A stretch of 64,000 nucleotides of DNA, from positions 176,392,001-176,456,000 of the forward strand of contig NC_086097.1 in NCBI RefSeq assembly GCF_963921235.1, given 5' to 3'. The stretch is from Mobula hypostoma. Taxonomy: Eukaryota. The position numbers and the translations under genes were made by a program. How positions within the stretch are numbered: position 1 is the first letter of the stretch; every line of letters starts with the position of its first letter. The notes below the pieces were generated by a model. The model did not search any database and was not told where the DNA came from. It saw only the letters and a program-made list of their open reading frames with translations. This document shows, in pieces, positions 23,800 to 37,015 of the stretch.

Positions 23800-26510
23800 A
23801 TCGACACCCAGGAACTGGAGCGGCAGCTGAATGACCTTTGGCTCATACAGGAAGATGAGGAGGTGACAAGAGGGAGTTATAAAGTGGTAGTCACTCCTAA
23901 ATTACAGGAAGCAGGTACTTGGGTGATGTCAGAAGAGGGAAAGGGAATAGGAAGCCAATGCAGAGCAGGCCCATGGCCCTTCCCCTCAATAATAAGTATA
24001 CTGCTGGAGGCGATGACAAGCTGCGGCCAACAGGTCACCGGGACTGAGTCTGGCTCAGTGACTCAGTGGGGAAGCGAGGTGGGGTGGGGAGAAGGGGTGC
24101 AGTAGTGATAGGAGATTCCATTATTAGACGAGTAGAAAGCTAGTTAGTGGATGTGAAAGAAACACCTTAATGGTACGTTCCTTCCCAGGTGCCAGGGTCA
24201 GGAATGTCTCAGATTGAGTCCACGACATTCTAAAGGGAGAGAGTGACCCAGCTGAAAGTCGTGGCTCATATCGGCAGCAATGATATAGGTAGGGAAAGGG
24301 AGGAGGTCCTGACAAGAGAATATTGGGATTTAGGCAGAAAGAGATTATTGGGATGTCTCCTGGGGATGGATTACACCTGTACCTGAGGAGTCCCAATATC
24401 CTTGCAGGCAGATCTGCTGGAGTTGTGGGGAGGGTTAAAACTAACTTGGTAGGGGCGGGGTGGGAATTGGAGTGATAGGGCTGAGGATGGAGCACTTGAT
24501 ATACAACTCGATGCAGTGTGTAGTGGGACTGTGAGGATGTACAGGCAGATAATGGGGCAAAATTGCAGTCAGTGAGAGCGTTGAAGTATTACGGGGGGGG
24601 GGTGAAATCCAAAAGGCTGATGAATACAGGACTGAAGGTGTTATATTTGAATGCACACAGTATACGGAATGAGATAATGATCCTGTAGCACAGTTAGCGA
24701 TTGGCAGGTATGGTGTTGTGGGCATCTGAGTCCTGGCTGATAAAAAATCATAATTGGCAGCATAACCTCTAAAGTTACAGATTGTATCAAAAGGAGAGAC
24801 AGATGGCTCTATTGGTAAAAAATGAAATCAAATCCTTAAAAAGTTGTGACCAAAGATCAGAAAATGTAGAATTCCTGTGGGTCGAGTTAAGAAACTGCAA
24901 GGGTAAAAAGGGCCTGACGAGAGTTAATAACAGGCCTCTGAACAGTAGCAAGGATATGGGCTACAAATTACAATGGGAGATAGAAAGGCATGCAAAAAGG
25001 GCAATGTTGTGATAATCATGGAGGATTTCAATATGCAAGTAGATTGTGAACATCAGGTGGGAGCTGCATCCCAAGTGAGGGAATTTGTAGAATGCATACA
25101 AGATGGATTTTTAGAGCAGCTTGTGGTTGAGCCCACTAGGGGAATGACAATTCTGGATTGCATGTTATGTAATGACCCAGATTTGATTAGGGAGTTTAAG
25201 GTAAAGGAACTGTTAAGAGACAGTGATCGTAATATGATAGAATTCATGTCAATATTACAGCGAAGTAAAAGGAATTACAGGAGCATGAGAGAGGAGCTGG
25301 CCAAAGTTGTTTAGAAGTGGACATGAGCAGGGATGATAGCAGAACAGCAATGGATGGTGTTTCTGGGGGAAATTCGGGAAGTACATCTTAAAGTTGAAAG
25401 ATATTCCAAAGGGAGGATGAGGCAACCGTGGCTGACAAGGGAAATCAAAGACACCATAAAAGTAAAAGAGAGAGTATATAATATTGGAAAAAAAAATTAG
25501 TGGGAAGGTAGAAGTACAATCGAACAGAAGACAACTAAAAAGAGAGAAAAGATGAAATATGAAGGTAAGCTAGCGAATAGCGTAAAAGCAAATTCAAAAA
25601 GATTTTTAAGATGTATAAAGGGTAAAAGAGAGATGAGAGTGGATATCAAACCACTGGAAAATAATGCTGGAAAGGTAATAATGGAGGGAAAAGAACCTGC
25701 AGACAAACAGTAAGTATTTTGCCTCAGTCTTCACTATGGAAGACACTAGCAGAATGCCAGAAATGAGAGAGTGTCAGGGGGCAGAAGTGAGCGTCATTGC
25801 TATTACTAAGGAGAAGGTGCTAGACAAGCTGAAAAGTCTGAAGGTAGATAAGGCACCTGGACCAGATGGAGTACAACCCAGGGTTCTGAAAGAGGTAGCT
25901 GAAGAGATTGTGCAGGCATTTGTAGTGATCTTTCAAGAATTGCTAGCTTCAGAAATATTTCTGGAGGACTGGAAAATTGCAAATGTCACTCCACTCTTTA
26001 GGAAGGTAGGAAGTCAGAGAAAAGAAAACTATCGGCCAGTTAGCCTGACTTCAGTGGTTGAAAAGATGTTGGAGTCTATTATTATCACGGATAGAGCTAA
26101 AGAACTGCAAAGGTAAAAAAAACCCTGAGGGGAGCTGTATACAGACCCCCGAACAGTAGTAAGGAGATGGAAAATGCTTGCCAAAAGGACAATTTTACAA
26201 CAGTGATGGGGACTTCAATATGCAGGTGGATTGGGAAAATCTGGTTGGTGCAAGAGGAATTTCTAGAGGACCTTTGAGATGGCTTTTTAGAGCAGCTCAT
26301 TGTTAGACCCACTAGACGATGAGCAGTTCTGGGTTGGGTGTTGTGCAATGGACCGGAATTGACTAGACAGCTTAGGGTAAAATAACCCTTAGGGGATAAG
26401 TGATCATAATATAATTGAATTCACTCTGAAATTTGAGAACGAGAAGCTAAAGTCAGATGTATCATTATTACTGTGGAGTAAAGGGGATTACAGCGTCACG
26501 AGAGAGCGGT
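23800..26510 (+). mobile_element. Old CR1 5' portion: ORF1 SGNH/GDSL esterase-like, APE endonuclease and start of RT, plus a second endonuclease fragment at 26090-26510
   Basis: ORF1 motifs VVIGDS (24102), FPGARV, HIGSND (24267) and DGLH (24366). Endonuclease motifs LYLNA, LWVELRNCKG, FLEQLVVEPTR and SDRNMIEF. RT start KAPGPDG and NYRPVSLTS. All frames are disrupted. Confidence 0.85.
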
Positions 26511-26514
26511 TGGT

Positions 26515-27635
26515 CAGAATTTCACACACGTCTGCTCTTACCCCATCCTCCCGCCACCCTACCAGGGATAGGGCTCCCCTTGTCCTCACCTACCACCCCA
26601 GTAGCCCCTGCATCCAGCACATAATTCTCCGAAACTTCCACCACCCCCAGTGGGATCCCACCACCAAGTACATCTCACCGCCCCCCCCACTTTCTGCTTT
26701 CGGCAGGGATCACTCCCTGCGTGACTCCCTTGTCCATTTGTCCCTTCGTTCCTCCCCACTGATCTCCCTCCTGGCATTTACCCTTGCAAAAGGAACAAGT
26801 ACTACACCTGCCAGTACACCTCCTCCCTCACAATCATTCAGGGCCTCAAACATTTCTTCCGGGTGATGGGGATGGGAAATAGTGAAGGAGGGGAGGTGGG
26901 GGGGCATTACGAAGATTGAGAAATCAAAGTTCATGCCATCAGGTTGAAGGCTACCCAAATGGAATCTAAGTTGTTGCTTCTCTAACCTAAGTCTGGCCTT
27001 CTGTATATTGATGGGAGCCAACGTAGATAGGGAGACCGCTTCACGGAGCACCTACGCTCTATCCATTAGAAAAAGCAGGATCTCCCAGTGGCCACCCATT
27101 TTAATTCCACTTCCCATTCCCATTCCCATTCTGATACCATCCAAGGCCTCCTCCGCTGTCGTGATGAGGCTACACTTAGGTTGGAGGAACAACAACTTAT
27201 ATTTCATTTGGGTAGCCTTCAACCTGATGGCATGAACATTGAGTTCTCAATCTTTATAATGCCACCCCCCCCCCCGCCTCCCCTCCTTCACTATTTCCCA
27301 TCCCCCTTTTCCCTCTCTCACCTTATCTCCTTGCCTGCCCATTTCCTCTCTCTGGTGCTTCTCCCCCCTTTTCTTCTGTCTCTTTCAACAATCGACTTCG
27401 CAGCTCTTTACTTCATCGTTTCTCCTCCAGGTTTCACCTATCATCTTCTTTTTCTCTCTTCCCTCCCACCACCTTTTATATCTACTCTTCAGCTATTTTT
27501 CTCCAGTCCTCCTGAAGGGTTTTGGCCTGAAATATCGACCGTACTCTTTTCCTAGATGCTACCTGGTCTGCTGAGTTCCTCCAGCATTTTGTGTGTTGTT
27601 ACATTTCCAGCAGCTGCAGATTTTCTCTTGTTTAT
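26515..27635 (+). mobile_element. Penelope-like element 3' fragment with internal inversion and hammerhead-bearing pLTR
   Basis: ORF 26510 reads DRAPLVLTYHP...PPLSAFGRDHSLRDSLVH. ORF 27088 reads ATHFNS...RLEEQQLIFHLGSLQPDGMNIEF. 26863-26999 is an inverted copy of about 27168-27305. A decayed hammerhead lies at about 27503-27540. Confidence 0.85.
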
Positions 27636-27699
27636 AAAAGCCAAAGAGGAGGCATAAAAATAGAGCAAAAATAAGTGGAAGTTAGAGGATTGGGAAGAT

Positions 27700-28380
27700 C
27701 ATCCAGCCCCATCACAGGCATAAGCCTCCCTACTATCGAGGGCATCTTCAAAAGCTGGCGACAGGGACCAGCAGTGGAAAGGGTGAGCAGCTTCGTTTCT
27801 GGGTATCAATACTTCTGAAAATCAATCCTGAGCCCAACATTTGATGCAGTTACAAAGAAGGCACACTATTGGCTGCAATTCAATAGGAGTTTGAGGAAAT
27901 TCAGTACGTCACCAAAGATTCTAGCAAATTTCTACACGTGTACCATGGAGAGCATTCCGACTGGTTGCATCACTGGTATGGAGCTGCCAATGAAACTAGT
28001 GCCCACAATGAAGCTTGCAGAGGGTTTTAAATTCAGCCAGCTTCATTGTGGGCACTAGTTTCCTCACCACAGAGAACATCTTCAGTAGCCAAAGCCTCAA
28101 GAAGGTGGCATCCATTATGAAGGACCCTCACTATTCAGGACATTCCTACTATCAGGGAAAAGGTACAGGAGTCTGAAGACACATACTTAATGTTTTAGGA
28201 ACATCTTCCTCCCCCCCACCATCAGATTTCTAAGCCATGAACACCGCCTCACTTTTTGCTGTACTTTTTTAATATATTTCTTGTGGTAAGTTATAAAATT
28301 TTAAAAATATATTGCACTGTACTGCCACCACAATTTTATAACATATGTCAGGGATACTAAACCTGATTCTGATTCTGATA
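27700..28380 (+). mobile_element. Rex1/Babar-like 3' fragment
   Basis: Degenerate CTMESIPTGCI and LLSGKRYRSLKT motifs, with an AAACCTGATTCTGATTCTGA tail. Confidence 0.75.
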
Positions 28381-28448
28381 CAACTCATGGACTAGTGATA
28401 CCTGCCCTTCTATGTGCCTCTGAGTACTGGATTAACAGAGACCTAAAG

Positions 28449-28891
28449 TTACAGAGAAAGGTTGAACAAGTTAGGTCTTTATTCTTTGGAGCGTAGAAGG
28501 TTGAGGGGGGACTTGATAGAGGTGTTTAAAATTATGAGGGGGATTGATAGAGCTGACGTGGTTAGACTTTTTCCATTGAGAGTGGGGAAGATTCAAACAA
28601 GAGGACGTGGGTTGAGAATTAGAGGACAAAAGTTTAGGGGTAACATGAGGGGGAACTTCTTTACTCAGAGAGTGGTAGCTGTGTGGAACGGGCTTCCAGC
28701 AGAAGTGGTTGAGGCAGGTTCGATGTTGTCGTTTAAAGTTAAATTGGATAGATATATGGACAGGAAAGGAATGGAGGGTTATGGGCTGAGTGCAGGTTGG
28801 TGGGACTAGGATAGGGTAAGAGTTCGGCACAGACTAGAAGGGCTGAGATGGCCTGTTTCCGTGCTGTAATTGTTATATGGTTATATGGTTA
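28449..28891 (+). mobile_element. Young CR1 3' fragment
   Basis: Intact C-terminal ORF 28462-28809, (TTATATGG)n tail, and probable TSD TAAAG at 28444-48 and 28892-96. Confidence 0.9.
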
Positions 28892-29399
28892 TAAAGGCTC
28901 TAGAAAAATACCCCAATCCAGTTCCTATAAAACCTTGCAAATGCACTGGAAAGATAAGGGACAGAGGGGCATTTTCTTCACAAGTTATTCACGCACCTCA
29001 CTGTATTCTCTCTTACTTTCCCTGTTCTGAGGAGAGCATTTATTTATCCACATTACTGCATCTCCTCCGAAACCTTGCCAGGGACTGAATATCTGGAAGC
29101 TCTCCCTCACTTCAGCAGGACATTGTTCAAGGGTTCAGCTGTCGATCGCACTATCAGAACAAAACAGCTTTCCTGCTTAATCTAAACCACATTGTCACTC
29201 CAGTGACAACAATAAATCGCACAGAGTTCGCAGAACTAAAATAATTGAACTCACCATCAGGATCTTCAATCCAAATATCAGATAATCCTGTCACAATTAT
29301 GTTAATACTTTTCAAAATGAAATCCAAAATTCATGCCTCTGGCTAGAATGAATTGACAGAACACTCTTCTATTCCAAATACTATCAGCCTTTATGTGAA

Positions 29400-29725
29400 C
29401 ATTATTCTAACTCAGAAGGAGGCCATTCATCCCTTTCAATCCATAATTCTTTGTATCTCTGCAACTTGTTCTCTCTTTCCTATATGCACCATTTTCTCTT
29501 CTACTCTTTTGCCACACTGTGGGGCAATTTACTGCAGGCACCTCACCTACCCATCTGCTAGTCTTTGGGACATGGAAGGAAACCGGAACATCGAACAGAA
29601 TCACCTGTGGTCACAGGGAGCAAGTGCAAACTCCACGCAGAGAGCACCAGAGGTAAGAATCAAATTGGAGTCACAGAGCCTTCAGGCAGCAGGACTACCT
29701 GCTGTACGACTATGCTGCCCACCCA
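29400..29725 (-). mobile_element. V-SINE (HE1-like)
   Basis: Reverse-complement V-domain (GTCTTTGGGACATGGAAGGAAACCGG...GTGCAAACTCCAC) with a tRNA-like head near 29720. Confidence 0.7.
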
Positions 29726-29769
29726 GAGGCTCATCTCAGTGCTGCATATCTCCTTACAGCCCTGCTCTG

Positions 29770-30260
29770 CACATGACGGCAAGAAACTGCAGAGAGTTGC
29801 AGGCACTGCTCAGCACATCAGGCAAACCAGCCTCCCGTCCAGGGACTCGCTCTACACTTCTTGCTGCCTCAATTAGCAGCCAGCATCATCAAAGACCCCA
29901 CCACCCTACAACTTGTTCTTCTCCCCTCTCCCATCGGGCAGATGAAACAGAAGCCCGAAAGCACGTACCACCAGGTGTTAGGACTGCTTCTATCCCACTG
30001 TTATCAGACTCTTGACCAGACATATTGTACAATAAAATGGAACCTTGCCCTCACAGTCTGCCTTGTTATGATCTTGCACTTCATTGTTTACCTGCCCTGC
30101 ACTTTCTCTGTAGATTTTACACTTTCTGCTGCATTGTTATTCTTTTACTTTGTTCTCAATACAGCTTTGTAATAAAATGATCCATTTGAACAGAATTCAA
30201 AACAAGCTTTTCACTTTATATTGGTATGGTACCTGTGACAATAATAAACTGATGCCAATA
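29770..30260 (+). mobile_element. Rex1/Babar-like 3' fragment
   Basis: CSAHDGKKLQRV...AASIIKDPT motifs and a GTGACAATAATAAAC tail. Confidence 0.75.
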
Positions 30261-30689
30261 TAGCATAGAATGAGGACATTTCAGACCCTAGCCCACAAAT
30301 CAATCCCATTCACCCATCAATTTTACTTGTAGGTTATTCTCCCCAATTTCTCATCAACTCAGTCTAGATTCTACCAGTTTTCACAGATGTTCATAAATTG
30401 ATTTTGTCTGTAAATTGGAAATTACACAAAAATCACTCATATAGTAACCACACCTCTGTAGTATTATAATGAATGATGGTTAAAGCATGTACAATTGATA
30501 AGAAAGAACAATTATTAAAAGTGGGGACAGAGAGAACATGTACACTGAATTTCTGAATTTAATAATATTCCTGGTGCTCATTGGTATGCATGGTAATCAT
30601 TCATAATTCAGGGAAATCAAGAGAGCACGTTGCGACAAGTATGAATTCTTTAAACCACGCATCACTTACAGGTGTCAAACTGGTGACAC

Positions 30690-33221
30690 ACAAGGATTAC
30701 ACAGGAGTGCTGAGAAAGTTCACACAGTGGTAGATGCATCAAGGCTATGGCTGGCACAGAACATCGGCTGTACCTTTTCCCATAGATGACGCTGAGCTCC
30801 TCCAGCATTTGTGTGTGTGTTGCTGGGATTTCCAGCATCTGTAGATATTCTTTTGTTTGTGATTTATCACAGCAGCTGTCCTTTTCAGGATCTGTTAACT
30901 AGATTAATAGGTTCCTGCCAAAACTGCCAACTGCCCCACCCCTTGTACTCTTTACTGCAGACAGGGAAAAGATGTCTCTAGTCAAAACAATGTGAGATGC
31001 CTTTCAAAAAGGTAAAGGAAATGGTGGTGTCAAGCACTGTGCTCACACAGTATGATCCACATTATACAGTGAAACTTGCTGTGGCACCACACCTCATGGC
31101 ATAGAGCAGTCATATCACATGTTATGAGTAATGGAAGTGAACGCCCCATAGCCTTTGGATCATGTTCCCTTACCGCTGCAGGAAGAAAATGACAAGCTGA
31201 TTGACGAGAAGCCTTCAATCAGGTTTAGGGTCAAAATGTTTACTGATCATGAATCAATAGTGTCCATTTTCAATCCACAAAAGGGTGTTCCACTAACAGC
31301 AGCAGCATGAACAGAAAGATGGGCTCTCTTTCTTGGAGAAGACAATTACAAGTCTCCCTGTTACAGTAAAGGTGATCCAAAGGGAAACCAAAAAAGACCC
31401 CACACTGTTTCAGGTCTACATGGCCACCCAAAATGCCTGGAATGTGCAGCAGAATCACCATTTTCCCCATTTTTACCAGCACCGGGATTAATTTGCCCAT
31501 GACGGGGTTGCCTTATGGGGTGGTTGGGAGTTGTTGTACCATCCCAGCTGAGAGCTAAAGTGCTGGAGGAGCTACATGCCAGCCATCTTGGCATGGTCAA
31601 AATGAAAACATTGGCTCAAAACTTTGTCTGGTGGCCTGAGATAGATCAGTAGATTGAGCAGTTTGTCATGCACTGTTGGGGATGCCAACACATTCAGAAG
31701 ATGTCAAGAGCAGCGCCTCTCCATCCCTGGGAATGGCCTGCATTGCCCTGGTGGAAGATTGATGTGGATCTTGCCAGACCATTCATGGGCACAACTTTCT
31801 TACAAGTAGTGGATGCAGCTGCAAGGTGTTCCAGAGGTGTTCCCAATAGCCTCCACGACAGCCTCTCACACTGATGCTGTGTTGTGAAGCCTCTTTGCAG
31901 GGACTGGTGTTCCAGAGGTGTTCCCAATAGCCTCCACGACAGCTTCGCACACTGATGCTGTGTTGTGAAGCCTCTTTGCAAGGACTGGTGTTCCAGAAGT
32001 GTCCCCAATAGCCTCCACGACAGCTTCGCACACTGCTGATGTGTTGTGAAGCCTCTTTGCAAGGACTGGTGTTCCAGAAGTGTCCCCAATAGCCTCCACG
32101 ACAGCCTCTCACACTGATGCTGTGTTGTGAAGCCTCTTTGCAAGGACTGCTGTCCCAGAACACTTAGTCAGTGACAACGGATCACGGTTTGTTGTGGAAC
32201 AGTTTCAGTCGTTCCTAAAATGAATAAATTAAGACATATTGCATCTGTACTGTATCACCCAGCTACAAATGACTTGTTGGAAAGGTTTGTGCAGAGTCTG
32301 AAAAACACAGTGTGAGCAAAGGCAGCAGAACAAAACACTAACACTGAATCAGAAGCTTGACAATTTCCTCCTTGAATATCGCAATGCAGCGCACTTCACA
32401 ACCAATAACTCGCCAGCTATGCTGTTCCTGGGTCGTTGCTTGCATTCATGCTTGGATTTCTCCAATTCCAGTCTCAGAAGGAGTAAGCAGCCCAAACAGC
32501 TGAGACAGATTGAAGACTCCTCAAAAAAGGAGGCTCGATGTCTCACTCCTGAACAGGTGATAAAACATGGGTACTTGGAAAGATTAAGGACAGAATTGGA
32601 CAACTCTCCTACATGATGCCGATTGTGTCTGATATCATCTAGAGGTGACACATTGATCAGTTGAGGAGAGCAGAGTCAATTGTTAGAGAAGAAAGGTGGC
32701 TGCTGCTGTCAGAACCATTTCCTGCGGTGTCAGAGTCAGCTCCTATAAACACCGCAGAGATTGTTCCACAGCTCGAAGTGTCGTATGCCAGACAGTGTGA
32801 TCACCCATATCAGGAAAGACATTCCCCATTCCCACAAGAGTAAGAAATCCCTCACCTTGATTAATCAAACTTCAAATTTGCTATGCTGTGATGGCTGTAT
32901 CTAGTAACTGTATTATATAGTATACTGTGTATATGGTAGAGTTACATTTTCTACTGAGTTGGAGTCTATAGCTAAGCAGGAACGAGTGTTGTGTATTTAA
33001 TATTTCAGTAATATTCTAAATATATTGTTTGGTTAACCATTTTTACTCATTTAAATATTTCACTACAGGTTGTGTGTAAAAATATGTGAATTGCCTATGT
33101 CATGACGCTACCAATGATATGTGCGTGTTTCCCTTAAAGTAAAACTAAGTTAGACTCACATTTCGACTCCCATCATTTCCTTTCAAATTAATTTTATGTT
33201 TTGATGTTACAAAACGTAACA
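30690..33221 (+). mobile_element. Degraded Gypsy LTR retrotransposon (RT end, RNase H, integrase, 3' LTR 32987-33221)
   Basis: Motifs VISHVMSNGSERPIAF; KVLEELHASHLGMVKMKTLA..FVWWP; HCWGCQ; PLHPWEWP..PW.KIDVD; PEHLVSDNG; YHPATN.L.ERFVQSLK. A purine tract precedes an LTR bounded by TGTT...AACA. Confidence 0.9.
31825..32160 (+). repeat. 81 bp tandem repeat, 4 copies, inside the integrase
   Basis: Units start with GGTGTTCCAGA at 31825, 31906, 31987 and 32068. Confidence 0.95.
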
Positions 33222-33870
33222 ATAGAATCCATTAAACCCCCCCACACAACAAATGCCCTACATGCAAAGAAAACAAATTGTACAATAATGAAAAAGTAAA
33301 CAAATGTGAACTGCGGAGGTCCTGATAGCTGCAGGCCACAGTCACGGAGGTCATTCAGTGCTGAAGCAAGTGAAGCCGGTCCAGGAGTCCAGTGGTTGCA
33401 AGATAACAACTGCTCCCAAAGCTGGTAGTGTGGGACCAAAGACTCCCGCATTTTCCACTTGACAGTAATAGTGAGAAGAGAGGGAGACCAGTCAAACACG
33501 GGTAGACAGCACTGAACACCTGTTCATTTTCTGCTCTCATCCCTGACGATTTTAATCTTGCTGAACATTTTAATCGGTGCGAAGAAATAGAGCTGGCCAA
33601 GGGTTCGCCTTCAGCTATCAGGCCTTGATGCAGTGTTCGCCCCAGCGATGGCCACACTGGCTGTACCTGCACCCTCGACAGTCTAGTTCACTGAATCCCC
33701 CAGGAGGTCACAAACCACCAGGTTGTTACAGCCAGTTGAAAAGAATCTCTCCAAAATGGAAATTACAAGCTGCAGGCTACAGTGGTCTCAGTTCAGAAAA
33801 AGTATACCTGTTCCAGTACGTATCTCCTTGTTTTCTGCAAAATGTCACCATTGGTCGCTGGCGCCATCTT
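33222..33870 (-). mobile_element. Non-coding retroposon starting AAGATGGCGCC with a Rex1-like 3' region
   Basis: GGCGCCATCTT at about 33860-33870; the 3' part resembles the Rex1-type UTR seen in other copies. Confidence 0.5.
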
Positions 33871-33889
33871 GTGTTCACCCATGTCTCTT

Positions 33890-35125
33890 TCATCTATGTT
33901 GTGCCCATTACAGAGACTTGGATGACACAAGGGCATAAATGACTGCTGGATGTTCCAGGGTTTAGCTGTTTCAAAATGGACAGGAAGGAGGTAAAAGAGG
34001 TAACAAACTACTAATCAGGGATTGTATCCCAGCTGTAGAAATGGACGACATCATGGAGTAATCATCTGGGTAATTGGAGGTGGAGGTCAGAAACAGGTCA
34101 GAAATAGTATTCTACACACTTCCACCCCCTCCCCTTAACAACAGAGACACTGGGGAACAGATTGGGAGTCAAATTTTAGAAAAATGTAAACATAACTGGG
34201 TTGCTATCATGGGTGCCTTCAACTTCCCTGATATTGTTTGGCTCCTCTGTTGTACAAAAGGTTTAGATGGGGCAGAATTTGTTAGGTGTGTACAGGAAAG
34301 ATTCCTGACACAGTATGAGAACAGGCTGACAAGTGAAGAGGCCATGTTAGATCGGGTGCTAGGCAGTAAACCCGGTTAGGTGACAGATCTCTTGGTGGGT
34401 GAGCATTTCAGAGACAGCGACCACAGTGCCATGACCTTTACCATGGCGATGGTCAGGGATGGGAGGAGATGGCATGGGGAAGTATATCATTATGGAAAGG
34501 CCAATTATGATGTGATTAGGGAACATAAATTAGGAATAGATGTACTCAGAAATTCAGAATAGAAATGTGGAGGTTGTTTAGAAGTACGTACTTGCATGCA
34601 GTTCTGGATAGGTTTGTCCCATTGAGGCAGGGAAAGGATGGTAGCGTGAAGGAACCCTAGTTGAGAAGAGATCTGGAGCACTTAGTCAAGAGGAAGAAAG
34701 AAACATACATAAACTTGACGAAGCAAGGATCAGACACAGGGGTCTTTCAGTAGTTTGATAGTTGCACACAACTGACGTAAGACTCACTGGTCTATAATCC
34801 CTAGGAATGTCCCTTGTACCTTGAACATTTGGCACCCTCCAATATATCGGTACTACTCCTGTGGCCAGTGAGGATGTAAACATCATTGACAAAGGTGCAG
34901 CAATTTCTTCCCTCATTCCCTCATTTCCTGTCGTAACCTGTGGTATATCCATCTGACCCCAGAGACATTATCCTGATGTTCCAGTCAACGTTCCTCTGGT
35001 GAATAATGAAGCAAAGAATTCATTTGGACCTCTCTCACTTCCCCTAACTCCAGACATATATTTCCTCATTTTTCCCTAATCGGTCGTACCCTCACTCTAG
35101 TTATCCTCCTGTTCTTCACATACAG
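33890..35125. mobile_element. CR1 endonuclease fragment (+, to ~34760) joined to an inverted RT fragment (-)
   Basis: ITETW, IMGAFNFPDI, FLTQY and SDHS on +; DYRPVSLTSVV on -. Confidence 0.8.
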
Positions 35126-35611
35126 TTTCCTTTTGGGAGAAGATACAGGTGCTTGAAAGCCCATATGACCTGATTCAGGAACAACTTCTTCACCCACTGT
35201 AGTCAGTGTTCTGAAGCGGTCACCTCTTTTACTGCACATCCCTTCCCAGTGCAGTCACATTCTCGAATCCTTAATTTTACCTCTTCTGTTATTGTCACCT
35301 TAAGAATTTGTTTTGCATTACTTCAGATTACACAACACCCTTTGTACCATTCTGCTATTTTGCGCTCATGGCTGTATTTAATGTTACATTCATTATTATG
35401 ATATACACTGCTTACTCTCTCAGCTTCATGCAAACAAGGACAATTGCGAGAATAAGGATGGTAAACTAATCTAAGTTTGAATCTGAGTTCAGGATCAAAC
35501 CTCTGCCCCAATAATTCTCAATAACTTTAACAATTTTTAGCTTTATTTTTAAACAGGTTCCAAGTGATTCAAAACTGTATGGTTCTCTCACTCGATGTCT
35601 GAGAAGACTGA

Positions 35612-35782
35612 AGTTTCACAGATGCTGGAAATTGTGAGCAACAGACACACAAATGCTGGAGGAACTCAGCAAGTCAGGCAGCATTTATGTAGGTGAATAA
35701 ACAGCTGATGTTTTGGAGCAAGACCCTTCATCAGGAATTGTTCATTTCTGACTTGCTAAGTTCTCCCAGCATTTTGTTGTTG
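35612..35782 (-). mobile_element. Penelope pLTR fragment with hammerhead remnant and a short inverted arm
   Basis: The minus strand reads CCTGATGAAGGGTCTTGCTCCAAAACATCAG (GAAA lost). 35651-35677 is inverted at about 35748-35776. Confidence 0.7.
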
Positions 35783-36589
35783 AAGGAGTTTTACACTGTC
35801 AGGGAATCTGTCCTTTAGATGAGGTAGCTTAAGATCCTTAAATCAATCCTAAATTGTTTTCACTCTGTGGGCTCTCCTGATTTCTTATGCATCGTTATTG
35901 CATCATAAATTCAGGATTGATTCAGAACTTTAATATAAGTTTGCAATTCAAATGAAAGCCTGTCACTGCATTAGAAATAAAAGCAAGCTCTGATTTAAAT
36001 TAATCAGACTTCCTGGCTTGGAAGGATGAAGACCAGTGTTGTACACTCATGCAATGTATAAGCTGCCAGACAAGAATAAATTAAGTTGACTTCTAATGAT
36101 AAAAAAATTCTGATGTTATGCCTTCTTGCATGAGTGGTAGATACCTCACAGATGTTCCTTGCACATGTTAATGTATTCGATTAGATCTCCTCCTGCAATA
36201 GTATCTCACGTTGGGCACCTGACCACACTGGAGAATACACCTGTGTTACTTATACCCTGTTTCCAGTCAGTTTGAACACCTTTGAACATTTAGTCATTCC
36301 AGAGGCTTGCAGCTAACTGGCTCGTCAGAAGCCATGTGCTTCTTAGACCTATTTTAAATTCCTTTAAGGAATTACTGGATTTGAGCTCACAATCTTCTTG
36401 AGAGGATACACATGGGAAAAGGGTGTCTGGCATTTCAGCTGGTCTTACTGAGATATCAAGGTGTCCCAGAGTAGGGCACTGCCCAGAAGAAGCTCGCTCA
36501 AAAGCATTGAGATGATAAGTAAATACCTGGTGATGCTGGGTCAGGGGAAAAGCTTGGATTAGGCTATGGGAGTGAGCTTGTTAAAGAGA

Positions 36590-37015
36590 AATTAGCTTTA
36601 TTTGTCACGTGCTTATCAAAACATTGAAACACAGTGAAATGCATCATTTGTGTCAAATCAAATCAGCAAGGATTGTGCTGGACAGCTGGCAAGTGTTATC
36701 GTGGTTCCAGCACCAACATAGTGTGCCCCACAATTCATTAACCCTCACTGCATATCCTTGGGATGTAGGAGGAAACTGGAGTGTGTGGAGGAAACCCACT
36801 CAGGCAGCGGCAGGGATTGAAAGCCAATCGGTGGTAACTCAGCACTGATCTGATGCTGTAAAGTGGTGTGCTAACTGCTGCACTACTGCACATTGTAGGA
36901 GGGAGAGGAATTATCAACATTTCGCATTGAAACCCTGCACCAGTCCTCGACCAGCTGATTTCCTCCGGCAGATTGTTTGCTGTTCCAGATTCTAGCATCT
37001 GCAGTCTCTTGTGTG
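36590..37015. mobile_element. V-SINE (-, 36590-36890) plus a Penelope pLTR fragment (36890-37015)
   Basis: V-domain GGATGTAGGAGGAAACTGGAG...GGAAACCCAC, then the CCAGATTCTAGCATCTGCAG pLTR end. Confidence 0.6.

Noticed and set aside
29353..30015. 220 aa ORF
   Set aside because: It reads through an antisense V-SINE and an out-of-frame Rex1 fragment.
31825..32160. Regularly spaced repeats suggesting a CRISPR array
   Set aside because: The units are contiguous, with no unique spacers, and derive from Gypsy integrase in a eukaryotic context.
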